Origin: Patescibacteria group bacterium
GTDB lineage: Bacteria; Patescibacteriota; Minisyncoccia; Phycocordibacterales; Phycocordibacteraceae
Direction of reading: 5' to 3'
Assembly: GCA_018970425.1 (NCBI GenBank)
Contig: JAGWWK010000004.1
Coordinates: 1,811 to 65,810 of the forward strand
Length of the DNA: 64,000 nucleotides
The notes below the pieces were generated by a model. That model worked only from the letters and a program-made list of their open reading frames with translations, did no database searches and was not told the origin of the DNA. Made by a program: the position numbers and the translations under genes. Below are positions 42,429 through 53,163 of this stretch, piece after piece (positions within the stretch are counted from its first letter, which is position 1; every line of letters begins with the position of its first letter).

Positions 42429-43303
42429 AGCAAATCACGCGTGCTTTTATGAAATATGGCCTACGAGGTTTTTCATATGTGTATTGGCGGTATGTCGTCG
42501 CTCCTCGCTTGTTCGATGCGCGATGTCCTATCGAAAAGCCGATCACTCGACACAATTTCTCCATGCATGTGTATATGGGAAAGAGAGATTTCCTCATGGG
42601 ACTGTGGTCTCTTGCAAGTGCATACCGTGTCTTCACTGAAGTTGGTCAGCTCTACATTCACTCAGATGGTACGCTGGACGCTGGAGATGAGCACGTTATT
42701 CATAGACTTTTTCCATCAGCAAGAGTTGCCGACTCACGGATGTTTCTTCAGGATTTCGGAGACAGGTTGAAGAATTTTCCTGAATTATTAAAATTCCGAT
42801 CAACGTATCGCAAGTTTCAGACCAGAATTATCGACCAACACTTTATCGGTGATTCTGAAATTCGACTATTCCTTGACTCTGATTTGTTGTGGTTTAGAGA
42901 ACCGAAAGAACTCATGCAGGCTATTAGGAATGGAGTACCGAGACCGCTCATGATGTCGAATGCGGAGTATATACGGATGGAATTTAGAGACGGAACTAGT
43001 ACGGATGACAGGACATCTCGACCGAATGGAGGAATCGTACTCTACCAGCGAGAGCAAATGAACATGGATCGGATGGAGGAATTTTTACAAAAGTCAGATT
43101 ATTTAGGAAAGCGATTCGGTGATCAGGCGTGGATGGCGTGGACCTTGCGACCTGATTTGCTACCCGAAGATACTTACATTATCAAGGGAACTCTTACTGA
43201 TACGATAATCGTGCGCCATTACACGAGTCCTCAGCGCTTGAAGTTTTATTTTTACGGAATTAATAAAATCGCGCGCGATATACTTGAGGCATGTGTGCGA
43301 TAA
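42416..43303 (+). CDS. GT-A fold glycosyltransferase-like protein
   Basis: LFLDSDLLWF (DxD), NGGIVL, GDQAW. Confidence 0.7.
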   Translation: MQEMKQITRAFMKYGLRGFSYVYWRYVVAPRLFDARCPIEKPITRHNFSMHVYMGKRDFLMGLWSLASAYRVFTEVGQLYIHSDGTLDAGDEHVIHRLFPSARVADSRMFLQDFGDRLKNFPELLKFRSTYRKFQTRIIDQHFIGDSEIRLFLDSDLLWFREPKELMQAIRNGVPRPLMMSNAEYIRMEFRDGTSTDDRTSRPNGGIVLYQREQMNMDRMEEFLQKSDYLGKRFGDQAWMAWTLRPDLLPEDTYIIKGTLTDTIIVRHYTSPQRLKFYFYGINKIARDILEACVR

Positions 43304-45060
43304 ACGGCTGTACCGGTAGGAATGAAGCGTTGGTGCGGTCCCTTGCGCAGAGCACTGCTCACCGCGGACCTGATGGAACTCGTATATGGACCGATGGGAG
43401 GGTCACCTTCGGCTTCGACCGCCTTGCAGTTATTGATCTGTCTGATCGAGCGATGCAGCCGACCGTATCTAAGGATGGCACGGTCGCGGTTATGCTCAAT
43501 GGTGAAATTTTTAATTTCAAGGAACTTAGAAACGAGTTAGGTGGATATGCATTCGAGAGTGAGGGAGACGCTGAAGTACTCCTTGCTGCATACCTCGCAT
43601 GGGGTCAGCGCGCATTTGATCGATTGAATGGCATGTTTGCGATTTCTGTGTATGACGGCCGGAGTGACGAGCTCATACTGGTAAGAGATCCCGCCGGAGT
43701 GAAGCCGCTCTACTATGCAGTATACGCAGAGCAACTAGTTTTTTCATCGGAGGCGCCAGCGCTTCTAGAAGTGATTCCGCGACATCTTAATCGCCGTGCG
43801 CTTTCAGACTATATGCGACTGCTGTATGTTCCAGGACGCGAAACATTTATAGAAGGCGTGCAGCGCGTTCTACCGGGAGAGATTGTTACTTTCTCCAATA
43901 AAAGCATACGCACGGGCAAAATTGCATCGGAGGTACAGAAACCGTTCACGGGGTCATTTCGTGATGCGTGCAGTGAAGTTTCAAAGCTCGCGCGCGAAGC
44001 GGTAGCGCGACAACTTATATCCGATCGACCAATCGGACTTTTCCTCTCTGGAGGAATCGACTCAACACTTCTTACAGCTCTCGCAAGTGAGGTGCATCCT
44101 GCAATTAATACATTCTCCGTTCGATTTGCACTCGATGATTACAGCGAAAACGACAAGTTTAATGCAGACGCAGACCGTGCGTTGCGCTCCGCAGTACGCT
44201 TTGGGACGACGCACCACGAGTACACCCTGAGCGCTTTTGATGCCGCAAGCCTATTTCGCCAAGCGGTGCCAAGGCTACACGAACCCGTGGGAAATGCGAC
44301 TGCGCTCGCACAGTTTTTTCTCTCTGAGGCTGCTCAAAAAACAGCCACCGTCGTGCTCACTGGGGATGGCGGTGACGAATTGTTTGGAGGGTATGAGCGG
44401 TATAGTCTCGCGCTCCGTGCGGAACAGTATGCGAGGTTAATCCCGCGATGGGTTGCGCAGATGCTCCCACACCCATTTCCAGTGCTCCACACTACGGGGA
44501 GTGCTCGGTATGCACAACTTATGCTCCAGCCCGACCATGGACTTGCTCCTTCTACTGATGTAGAGCGGCATTTTCGACAGTTTTTTACTGAGGATACTGG
44601 TGTGCGTGCGCTCATGCGTGCAGATGAGTCGTTATGGCTCGTCGATGAAGCACTACTGCGCACCGACGCAATGACCTCCGCAGTGTCTCTTGAAGCGCGC
44701 GTACCGTTCCTTGATCTCGAGCTTCGCGCTTTTGCGCATGCGCTACCTACCCAATACCTCGTTTCTGGACGGCAGACTAAGCGTGTATTGCGAGAGGCAT
44801 TCCGATCTATTCTTCCTCCAGAGGTTCTTTCGGGTCCAAAACGCGGATGGTTTTCGCCGGGATCCAAGTGGCTACGCACGCAATCATTTGGGGATTTGAT
44901 TTCAGACATTTGTAACGACCCCGTCGCGCAAAGAACACTTTCGATACCCGCGCTGCAGCGTCTGATCGATGAACACATATCACGAAAGGCGTATCATTTC
45001 CCCGTAATCTGGGCATCTTTGGTTGCTCTTGAATGGGTGCGTCAGTATAAGCTTGCATAG
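43291..45060 (+). CDS. asnB: Asparagine synthetase-family glutamine amidotransferase
   Basis: N-terminal Cys2, HRGPD, NGEIFN, LSGGIDS, GDGGDELFGGY, EARVPFLD. Confidence 0.92.
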   Translation: MCAINGCTGRNEALVRSLAQSTAHRGPDGTRIWTDGRVTFGFDRLAVIDLSDRAMQPTVSKDGTVAVMLNGEIFNFKELRNELGGYAFESEGDAEVLLAAYLAWGQRAFDRLNGMFAISVYDGRSDELILVRDPAGVKPLYYAVYAEQLVFSSEAPALLEVIPRHLNRRALSDYMRLLYVPGRETFIEGVQRVLPGEIVTFSNKSIRTGKIASEVQKPFTGSFRDACSEVSKLAREAVARQLISDRPIGLFLSGGIDSTLLTALASEVHPAINTFSVRFALDDYSENDKFNADADRALRSAVRFGTTHHEYTLSAFDAASLFRQAVPRLHEPVGNATALAQFFLSEAAQKTATVVLTGDGGDELFGGYERYSLALRAEQYARLIPRWVAQMLPHPFPVLHTTGSARYAQLMLQPDHGLAPSTDVERHFRQFFTEDTGVRALMRADESLWLVDEALLRTDAMTSAVSLEARVPFLDLELRAFAHALPTQYLVSGRQTKRVLREAFRSILPPEVLSGPKRGWFSPGSKWLRTQSFGDLISDICNDPVAQRTLSIPALQRLIDEHISRKAYHFPVIWASLVALEWVRQYKLA

Positions 45061-45072
45061 TATAGTGCGCAT

Positions 45073-45207
45073 ATGGCCCCGTGGGAGATATTTTACCGGA
45101 CATCTATTCTTGGGTTACTAACACCTGGGTCTGTTGTTATTGATATTGGCGGCGGGTTCCGCGCCGTAGAGGGTTTCAGCAACCGATGTGGTTCAAATTT
45201 CGCATAG
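45073..45207 (+). pseudogene. Truncated class I SAM methyltransferase remnant
   Basis: 44-aa ORF MAPWEIFY...VVIDIGGGFRA...* containing only SAM motif I; TATAGT lies 6 nt upstream. Confidence 0.55.
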
Positions 45208-45251
45208 CGTTTGTCACCCAATTTTCTATTGCCTAAAAGAAATAGTAGTGC

Positions 45252-46436
45252 ATGAAGATCCTAGTTGTTACATCTAAATTGCCGTATCCGCCGACGGGTG
45301 CTGATGAGCAAGACCGCTACCATGGTGTTCGTATCCTCCAAGGGCTAGGGCATTCTGTTACGATTCTTGCGAAGCGCGCAGCGTACCAAAGTGACGCGGA
45401 TATTTTAGCTATGAGCTCAACGCTACATGCGCCTGTGCGTGTCAGCCCATACAGTTCTAATACTTGGACACTACATCGTTTGGCTGATCTGCGGTGGCTT
45501 GATGGTGCGTCTTTTGAATACGGGCGACTCGGTACAGTCTCGGATTTTCGGGCGGCAATTACTGAGGTCAAACCAGAGATTATTTGGGCTGATGGTTCAT
45601 ATGCGTGGCCGCTTATTCAGGTTGCACATGCGTACCAGATTCCTATCATTGTGCGTTCCTTACAAATCGAATCCGCACACTTATTCGTAGATCATGGCGT
45701 TACATTTGGCACTCTTGCGCGTGCAGTCGGTAAGCATTTGGGGGAGTACACTCTTGCCCGGAACGCTGACTGCGTGGTTGCGCTCAATCATGAAGAGGAG
45801 CAGTTGTATAGAACTATGGGTGCGGATACTACAATTACGATTCCGCTGCGTAACCTTCCCGCAGTGGTGGAAGAAGCTCCAGTTTCGTATGGTGTAACAG
45901 ATCGCATCAGGGTACTTTTTGGAGGATCTACCTTTACTGTGCAGCACAATCTCGAAGGTGCTTTAAGGATACTGATGCGCGTTGCGCCAGAAATTGAGTG
46001 TCAAGCACCTGGAACATTCACATTTCATATTACGGGCGCCAAGTTTCCCGATGAGGTGCGTGCACGTCTACCCGCAAATGTTATCTACGAGGGGTATCGA
46101 AATGATTACAGTGAATTCGTGCGGTCGATGGACATCGCGCTCGCCACATCGCTCGGCAGTGTCGGAATGCATGGGAAACTGTTTGAGCCGCTTGCCCGAG
46201 GCATCCCAACCATAGGTGAATCGAAAGCACTTGGAGGGTATCCATTTGTGGACGGAGAAACTATAATTCTTGCTGAAACTCCCGATCAAATTATTGACGC
46301 TCTTTTGAGGTTTCGCGATGTACGAGTCCGTGCTCGTATCGGAAGTGCTGCGCGTGCATTATCCGAAAAACTTTTTTCACGTGCTACAGTCTCTGGTCTG
46401 GTAGCTCATGCAATTAATCTGACTGTTGGTTCATGA
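45252..46436 (+). CDS. GT4-like glycosyltransferase
   Basis: MKILVVTSKLPYPP, GMHGKLFEPLARGIP. Confidence 0.85.
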   Translation: MKILVVTSKLPYPPTGADEQDRYHGVRILQGLGHSVTILAKRAAYQSDADILAMSSTLHAPVRVSPYSSNTWTLHRLADLRWLDGASFEYGRLGTVSDFRAAITEVKPEIIWADGSYAWPLIQVAHAYQIPIIVRSLQIESAHLFVDHGVTFGTLARAVGKHLGEYTLARNADCVVALNHEEEQLYRTMGADTTITIPLRNLPAVVEEAPVSYGVTDRIRVLFGGSTFTVQHNLEGALRILMRVAPEIECQAPGTFTFHITGAKFPDEVRARLPANVIYEGYRNDYSEFVRSMDIALATSLGSVGMHGKLFEPLARGIPTIGESKALGGYPFVDGETIILAETPDQIIDALLRFRDVRVRARIGSAARALSEKLFSRATVSGLVAHAINLTVGS

Positions 46437-47479
46437 AAATAGCATACCTAGCATACATTCGTCTTCCCACAGAGCGAGCTCACGGTACGCAGATTATGAA
46501 AACGTGCGAGGCGTTGATGCGCGTAGGTGCAGAAGTAGAGCTCGTCATACCTTCGCGACGGACAACAATTGCAATCGATCCAATCACATACTACGGGATA
46601 CGAACAGTGTTTCCCATTCACCGAGTTACTGCACCCGATTGGGTTCGCTTCGGCAGGTTGGGCTTTGGGGTTGGAGCATTAATCTTTGCATTTCGAACGC
46701 TGCGCCGAGTGCGGTTTGCTGATTGTATATATTCTCGCGATGCAATCGTTCTCATTCCGCACATTCTGGTACGTACTCGGGCGAAAATCATATTTGAAGC
46801 CCATACGGCACCTACCCTTATGACTAAGCTTATTTCACGCGTTGCCGATCGGACTGTAGTGATATCTGATGGGCTACGAAGTGCATATATTAGATCAGGT
46901 ACCCCACCCCTTAGACTGAGTGTTGTTCGTGACGCAGCTGACCGCGTTGAAGTAGAACCCAGACGGGTAGAGGAAATTAGGCAGCGCTTGAATCTGCCGA
47001 AGTCACGATTCGCGCTCTATGTCGGCCGCATAGCGCGTGACAAAGGCGTAGACTCGCTTGCTGCGGCCAGTGCGCATACCGCTACCCCAATAGTTGTAAT
47101 TGGCGATGGGCCAATGAGACAAGAGCTCTCAAATCGCTACCCAAATGTTCAGTTTATCTCACAGACATCATATGAAGATCTACCGTATGTACTCGCGTCC
47201 GCTGCTGTGCTTGTGATTCCTAATTCGGCTACGTCTCAAGATATGGCTACGTTTACCTCGCCGCTCAAAGCTTTCGCCTACATTGCGGCACAAAAGCCTA
47301 TTGTTGCTTCACGCGTCCCCGCACTAGAAGAAATATTTAAGGATCAAGTTGTCTATGCTGAGCCAGACTCGCCACGAAGTTTGGCACATGCCATCGACAC
47401 AGCAGCAGCTCCACCCAAGCTTCAAGTGTACTCGTGGCTAGAGCGTGCGCGCGACCTCGTGAGGGTAAGTGCTTTGTGA
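46433..47479 (+). CDS. GT4 glycosyltransferase
   Basis: RLPTERAHGTQI, YVGRIARDKGVD, FTSPLKAFAYIAAQKPIVAS. Confidence 0.9.
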   Translation: MKIAYLAYIRLPTERAHGTQIMKTCEALMRVGAEVELVIPSRRTTIAIDPITYYGIRTVFPIHRVTAPDWVRFGRLGFGVGALIFAFRTLRRVRFADCIYSRDAIVLIPHILVRTRAKIIFEAHTAPTLMTKLISRVADRTVVISDGLRSAYIRSGTPPLRLSVVRDAADRVEVEPRRVEEIRQRLNLPKSRFALYVGRIARDKGVDSLAAASAHTATPIVVIGDGPMRQELSNRYPNVQFISQTSYEDLPYVLASAAVLVIPNSATSQDMATFTSPLKAFAYIAAQKPIVASRVPALEEIFKDQVVYAEPDSPRSLAHAIDTAAAPPKLQVYSWLERARDLVRVSAL

Positions 47480-47570
47480 TAGCATGCGGTCACACAGCCA
47501 TATGCGAACGCATCGGAAAAAAACTAATTCCCAGTCACAGATCAAGCGAAAGGCTCGCACCTTGCAGCAT

Positions 47571-48341
47571 ATGTCTGTAGTTGCAGTCAGCGGAGGATTC
47601 GACCCGATCCATAAGGGACATATCCGATACATACAAGAGGCGAGAAAACTAGGCGACCGGCTTGTGGTTATCCTAAACAACGATCACTGGCTTCGGGCAA
47701 AGAAGGGCTACGTCTTTATGCCGCAGCGAGAAAGGGAAGAACTTTTACGCGCTATTAGTGGGGTGGACGACGTTATTCTTACTAATCACCGACCACATGA
47801 TCCTGACACGAGTGTGGCTAAAACGCTACGTAAACTGAAACCGGATATTTTTGCTAACGGAGGTGATAGGACAGGATTTTCAACGACTCCCGAAGCTAGT
47901 GTTTGTACAGAGCTCGGGATCAAAATGATATTTCAAGTAGGACGCGGAGGAAAAATTCAATCCTCGTCTGTCCTCGTGCGTAATGCGGTTGCTAAAGTTC
48001 GGAGTGATATACGCCCATGGGGGCATATGCAAACGCTCGTGCAGGACTCAACATTCTGGGTGAAAGTTATTTCTGTTTCTCCGGGAGCTCGCCTTTCGTT
48101 ACAGACGCACAGTCATCGTGCAGAATACTGGGTTTGTATTCAGGGAGAGGTGCGCGCTGAAGTGAACGGAATTGTATACACGCTTTCGGTAGGAGATGTC
48201 CTTACCATTCCTGTTACGGCGAGGCATAGGCTGTCTTCTATCTCAGGTGGGACTATCGTCGAAGTAGCGACTGGTTCAAGTGTGACAGAAGATGATATTG
48301 TACGACTTGCTGATGATTATGGGCGATTAGTATCCCGCTAA
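47571..48341 (+). CDS. Cytidylyltransferase-family domain fused to a cupin (type II mannose-6-phosphate isomerase-like)
   Basis: SGGFDPIHKGH (HxGH); C-terminal RPWG...RLSLQTHSHRAEYW...EDDIVRLADDYGR. Confidence 0.88.
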   Translation: MSVVAVSGGFDPIHKGHIRYIQEARKLGDRLVVILNNDHWLRAKKGYVFMPQREREELLRAISGVDDVILTNHRPHDPDTSVAKTLRKLKPDIFANGGDRTGFSTTPEASVCTELGIKMIFQVGRGGKIQSSSVLVRNAVAKVRSDIRPWGHMQTLVQDSTFWVKVISVSPGARLSLQTHSHRAEYWVCIQGEVRAEVNGIVYTLSVGDVLTIPVTARHRLSSISGGTIVEVATGSSVTEDDIVRLADDYGRLVSR

Positions 48342-48397
48342 AGGCGAAATATGTGTATCGCTTCTACAGCTTCTGAATAGAAAACCGCAACGCACAA

Positions 48398-49492
48398 ATG
48401 ACTATTACGTATATTTCAGCGAGCCTTTCTCTAGCCCATGGTACCGGTCGTTTTACTAGAGAGATTGTGACACGCATCCCTAAAGAAGTTTCGATATCTG
48501 TTATAACGGAGCAACCAGAGCCCTCGCTGCAAATAAAGCAACACGTAATTAGACGAGCAAAATCGTGGTGGGCATTCTTGAGTACGTGCGCCAGAGTACG
48601 AAAGCTAACGCAAGCGAGCGATGTAATTCATGTATTCGATGGATGGCCCTTTGCTGTATATGGACTTTCTGCAGTGCTTGGTACCAAAAAAAAGTTAATC
48701 ATTAGTGGTATTGGGACATACTCAGTTGCCCCTCTCAAGCAGCGTCTAAAGGGCTCCTTGCTCCGGTATGCGTATGGGCGTGCCGATGCAATTCCATGTA
48801 TAAGCGCTTTTACTGCCATGCAGATTCGCCATGAATGCCCGCGCGCGCCTATTTCTGTCATCAAAATGGGATCAACGTCATTGCCTTTGGTATCCGAGTC
48901 ACAAGTAGCCGCCTGGCGTGTGGCACTTGGAATACCAGAAAGTGCGTACCCAGTCGTAATAACGGTCGGTGAGATTAAAGAACGTAAGGGCCAGCTCGAC
49001 ACACTTCACGGCATTAAGTACGCACTTCAGAAAATACCTAATGCTCAGTATTTAATAGTGGGGTCAGATCGCGATGCAGCATACATCCAGAAGATTCGTT
49101 CGTCTGCAGAGCGTTTTGGAATGACAAAACAAGTTCACTTCATACACACGGCACGCACTGATGCTGATCTTGCATGTCTGTATAGTCTTTCACACATAGT
49201 TGCGCTAAATTCAAATAATGTCGCTAGTCACTTTGAAGGGTTTGGGCTTACTATTTTAGAAGGCGCTGGTTTCGGATTACCAAGTATTGGGTCAAGAGAC
49301 TGCGGAATTGAAGACGCGATCTTGGATGGAACATCTGGAATAATGACAACGCAACATAGCCATACGGAAATAGGTGAAGCATTGAAGCGCATTGCTTCAT
49401 CTTATGAAAATTTTCAATCCGGGGCGCATATGTGGTACAGTGCGTTCAGTTGGGAAAAAACGGTCGCTGCGTACCTAACTTTGTATGGCTGA
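48398..49492 (+). CDS. GT4 glycosyltransferase
   Basis: VGEIKERKGQ, FEGFGLTILEGAGFGLP. Confidence 0.9.
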   Translation: MTITYISASLSLAHGTGRFTREIVTRIPKEVSISVITEQPEPSLQIKQHVIRRAKSWWAFLSTCARVRKLTQASDVIHVFDGWPFAVYGLSAVLGTKKKLIISGIGTYSVAPLKQRLKGSLLRYAYGRADAIPCISAFTAMQIRHECPRAPISVIKMGSTSLPLVSESQVAAWRVALGIPESAYPVVITVGEIKERKGQLDTLHGIKYALQKIPNAQYLIVGSDRDAAYIQKIRSSAERFGMTKQVHFIHTARTDADLACLYSLSHIVALNSNNVASHFEGFGLTILEGAGFGLPSIGSRDCGIEDAILDGTSGIMTTQHSHTEIGEALKRIASSYENFQSGAHMWYSAFSWEKTVAAYLTLYG

Positions 49493-50522
49493 TGCAAAAA
49501 GGGCATTTATTACGGGAATCACTGGTCAGGACGGATCGTATCTCGCAGAGCTTTTACTGAGCCAAGGGTACGAGGTCCACGGAATGGTTCGTCGCACAAG
49601 CACAGACTCACTGGTTCGTATCCCTCCGCAGATACTTCCACAAGTGACTCTTCACTGGGGAAGTATGCATGATGCTGCTGCACTGGCACGTATTCTTAAA
49701 CTAGTTCAGCCAGATGAAATTTATAATCTTGCAGCACAATCCCATGTTGGAATTTCTTTTGATTGCCCAGTCGAGACTACAGAAATTAATTACCATGGGC
49801 TTGGGAGACTAGTACACGCAGTTCTTGAAAGCACTCCGTCGGCACGAATCTACCAAGCGTCAACGTCTGAAATGTTTGGCAGCACAGCGCCGCCTCAGAA
49901 TGAGCGATCAGAAATGGCGCCTGTCTCACCGTATGCAATCGCAAAGTTACGTGCCTATGAAGATTATGTAGTAGGATATCGTGCGCGTCACGGGCTCCAT
50001 ATTTCGTCTGGGATTCTTTTTAACCACGAGTCGCCACGACGTGGCCGGGAATTCGTCACGCGAAAGATCGCACTTGCTCTTGCAGCAATTAAGCTTGGTC
50101 TTCAACATCATCTAGAGCTTGGAAACTTACGTGCGCAACGCGATTGGGGATATGCAAAAGACTACGTTGAGGCTATGTATCTCATGGTTCAGAAAGAGGT
50201 GCCGGCCGACTTTGTGATTGGCACGGGAGAGTCTCATACAGTAAAAGAATTCGTTGATGCGGCAGCTCAAGCTCTCGACCTCTCTCTCTTTTGGGAAGGT
50301 GAGCAGGAGAACGAGGTTGCCCGTGACGCAGCTGGGATTGTGCGAGTTCGTGTGAGTTCTCAATTTTACAGGCCGGCAGAAGTACATGCGCTTCGTGCAG
50401 ATCCTAGTAAAGCAGGCGCAGAGCTCGGTTGGCACCCAAAGACTTCATTTTCTGAACTCGTAGAGATGATGGTGCGGTCAGACTATGACGCCCTTAGCGG
50501 GGAGAGTCAGAAGCGCTACTAA
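49485..50522 (+). CDS. gmd: GDP-mannose 4,6-dehydratase
   Basis: ITGITGQDGSYLAE, YNLAAQSHV, FNHESPRRG, RDWGYAKDYV. Confidence 0.97.
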   Translation: MADAKRAFITGITGQDGSYLAELLLSQGYEVHGMVRRTSTDSLVRIPPQILPQVTLHWGSMHDAAALARILKLVQPDEIYNLAAQSHVGISFDCPVETTEINYHGLGRLVHAVLESTPSARIYQASTSEMFGSTAPPQNERSEMAPVSPYAIAKLRAYEDYVVGYRARHGLHISSGILFNHESPRRGREFVTRKIALALAAIKLGLQHHLELGNLRAQRDWGYAKDYVEAMYLMVQKEVPADFVIGTGESHTVKEFVDAAAQALDLSLFWEGEQENEVARDAAGIVRVRVSSQFYRPAEVHALRADPSKAGAELGWHPKTSFSELVEMMVRSDYDALSGESQKRY

Positions 50523-50537
50523 AAGAATAGCTTGCTC

Positions 50538-51389
50538 CTACTCAGTGTAAGAGTTAATAAACTCTAGAAAGTCCGGACGAATATCAGATGACTTAATAGC
50601 AGATTCAACCTCTGCTCGATTTATCGCCTTGGCGCGGAAGGCAGATGCAAAAAGTTGAAGCACTATACTTTCAATATTCCGATCTACATGCAACTGGTAC
50701 GTTCTAGGCTGGCGTACCCAAAATCGCGGAATCCAACCGAAGATCTTCGGTGGCGGATTGAATGTAAAGTCTATTGGTAAGCCGGTGCGCCACGGCTGTG
50801 TTAGACGATTAGTCGTATGCAGCATTTTTGTGTTTTCGCCAAGCTCGTCGAGAGAGTTCCAATCTCTCGAAAGTTCAGTTATCTGAGCGCTCTCATTACG
50901 AAGTGCCATTATGTCTTCATATCTTCGAATCCCGTGAGCGATATCGTGGAGCATCTGTGGTACATCCCAATGTCTCAGCTGTTTGCAATCGAGAACCATT
51001 ACCGAGGTATCCCAGGGATTCTTTCTGCATGCAGCGACCGCTGCATTTCCGAGATTCATGCGAATTAGGGGAGCTATATCTGCAAGTGCAAATATGTCCG
51101 GATCAATGACCAATGCCGTACCTTTATACTGCAGTAATGATGGTGGCATAAACCTGGTAAGCGTGAAGGATTGCAAGTCGTCAAAGGTGTACGGAGCGTA
51201 GTTTTTTCGGTACGGCGTGCCGACAAAGTCTTTAAATTCTGGAAGTGATTCGACTTCAATAATTGAAACTGGAATACCATACACCTTAGCTTGTCCGTAG
51301 GTCTCGAGTGCGTATTTAGCTACCTTAGCGCCAAGTAATTGCTTGCGATTGCTTTGTATGAAGATGGCGAAATCAGAGTACGAGCCCAT
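50538..51389 (-). CDS. GT8-like GT-A protein
   Basis: SFTLTRFMPP, VIDPDIF, TSVMVLDC, WNSLD, MLHTT. Confidence 0.7.
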   Translation of the reverse strand: MGSYSDFAIFIQSNRKQLLGAKVAKYALETYGQAKVYGIPVSIIEVESLPEFKDFVGTPYRKNYAPYTFDDLQSFTLTRFMPPSLLQYKGTALVIDPDIFALADIAPLIRMNLGNAAVAACRKNPWDTSVMVLDCKQLRHWDVPQMLHDIAHGIRRYEDIMALRNESAQITELSRDWNSLDELGENTKMLHTTNRLTQPWRTGLPIDFTFNPPPKIFGWIPRFWVRQPRTYQLHVDRNIESIVLQLFASAFRAKAINRAEVESAIKSSDIRPDFLEFINSYTE

Positions 51390-53127
51390 ATTTTTTCGAG
51401 AGAGTTGCGAGCGATAGGTAGATAAATGCGTATTTACCCGGCCAAGTTGTTGCATTAGCGACTGATTCGATGACCTTTTGCCAGTTAATTAACCCACCTT
51501 GTGGCGCACCTTCAAGAATGGAAATGAAACTTTCTTTGTATGTTGCGTCGTACCATGGTCGCACCGGTGCTCTCCATCCAGTTTTTGCGGCGCGGTTGAC
51601 TATATAGTCTGGCAGGACACCAGCGTACATGCTCCGCAAAAAGCGCTTGTTTCCCCCTCCAGATATGTAATCTGCCGTAGAAAGATGTGAGTCAAGGAAT
51701 CGGCGGAGCGGCATGTAACTGAACGGAGCACGTACTTCGATAGATTGAGACATGTACAGTTTATCCGTTTGGAGAAAGTTCTCGGCAGGGAGCCATACTC
51801 GCCGGTCGATCTGCATCATGTCTCGTATAGGATCATCAAATACGACACCTCTGACTATCGATCGCATCGTATCGAGCACTATGTCTTTTCGTACATCGGC
51901 AGCGGCAAATGCAAACCATTTAAATGCAAGCCATCGCTCTACCGGGTCATTGTATCGCCAGTCTGCACCGGTGCGGAATCGTTTGTAGCGATTGAAAACA
52001 AAAGGGGATATGCGGTCGATCAGTCGCGAGTAACGCAGACTCTCAGCGTAATAGGGGTACCCCCCAAAAACTTCATCGCCGCCGTTTCCTGTAAAAAGTA
52101 CCCGATTTTTGTCTCCATGAATACCTTCTCGCTCCGCTGTTATAAGGTAGGCGGGGAGAGATATATTGTAGTTCGGTTCTTCTAAAATCTCGTACGCTTT
52201 GATGAGGTGCTGTAAATATGTAGACTTTGTAATGTTGATCTCGGTGTGTGTTGTACCATAGTGCTCTGCAAGCTTACGAGCTAAGATAGCATCATCGTTG
52301 AACGACTCCGCTGCATTCTCGAATGACGTTGTATACGTTTTGGGGGTCGCTCCAGCAGCGCACATTTCATGAAGGAGTATTGAAGAATCTAGCCCGCCTG
52401 AAAGGTTGAGTGCAATCTGTTCCTTACTTTGTAAATGTGCCCGGATGGTCTCAGTAAGCGCATCTTGAGCCGATGTAAATGTATCTCTTGAGTCACTTAC
52501 GAAGGTGTGTTCAGAAAGGGCACCATCTGCGGTTACCTTGACGTACGTTCCAGGTGCGACTTTTCGGATCTGTTGCGAAAGCGTATGTGTCCCAGGAATA
52601 TACCCTAGTGCGAGGGCTAGAGTGAGGCCTGTTAGGTCTGCGGTATCGCCTTGCTCGGTGAGTGCCTTCACTTCAGATGCAAAGGCAAAATTCGAGCCAT
52701 TACTTCTATAATAGAGCGGCTTCTGCCCAGTTTCGTCCCTGTATAGTCGTACTTCGCGCTCCTGCGAGTTGTACAGCGCAATGGCAAACATGCCTTGTAG
52801 TGCGGTTACGAAGTCCCATCCAGTACGCTCGATAAGGTCAAACAGCATGGTGGTATCGAGCTCGTTTTTTGTGATTCCGTACCTCGAGGCTATTGAATCG
52901 GTGTTGTAGATTTGGCCATTGAACGCGAGAATCCAAGGAGACCCTACACGCATAACTGGTTGTACCGACGCTGCTGGGGTTCCTCGTATCGAGAGTAGAC
53001 GATGTCCGAGATAAAAAGGTGGCAGGGCAATGCAGGTGCCGAAGTCTGGGCCGCGATGCTGGAGTGCATCGGTCATGTGTGCGATTCTGCTAGGATCGGC
53101 GCCGATGTATCCTGCGATTCCGCACAT
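51373..53127 (-). CDS. asnB: Second asparagine synthetase-family amidotransferase
   Basis: MCGIAG, HRGPD, NGQIYN, LSGGLDSS, GNGGDEVFGGY. Confidence 0.92.
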   Translation of the reverse strand: MCGIAGYIGADPSRIAHMTDALQHRGPDFGTCIALPPFYLGHRLLSIRGTPAASVQPVMRVGSPWILAFNGQIYNTDSIASRYGITKNELDTTMLFDLIERTGWDFVTALQGMFAIALYNSQEREVRLYRDETGQKPLYYRSNGSNFAFASEVKALTEQGDTADLTGLTLALALGYIPGTHTLSQQIRKVAPGTYVKVTADGALSEHTFVSDSRDTFTSAQDALTETIRAHLQSKEQIALNLSGGLDSSILLHEMCAAGATPKTYTTSFENAAESFNDDAILARKLAEHYGTTHTEINITKSTYLQHLIKAYEILEEPNYNISLPAYLITAEREGIHGDKNRVLFTGNGGDEVFGGYPYYAESLRYSRLIDRISPFVFNRYKRFRTGADWRYNDPVERWLAFKWFAFAAADVRKDIVLDTMRSIVRGVVFDDPIRDMMQIDRRVWLPAENFLQTDKLYMSQSIEVRAPFSYMPLRRFLDSHLSTADYISGGGNKRFLRSMYAGVLPDYIVNRAAKTGWRAPVRPWYDATYKESFISILEGAPQGGLINWQKVIESVANATTWPGKYAFIYLSLATLSKKYGLVL

Positions 53128-53163
53128 GGTGGTTCGGTGCATTATACCGTAGACTTACGTCAT

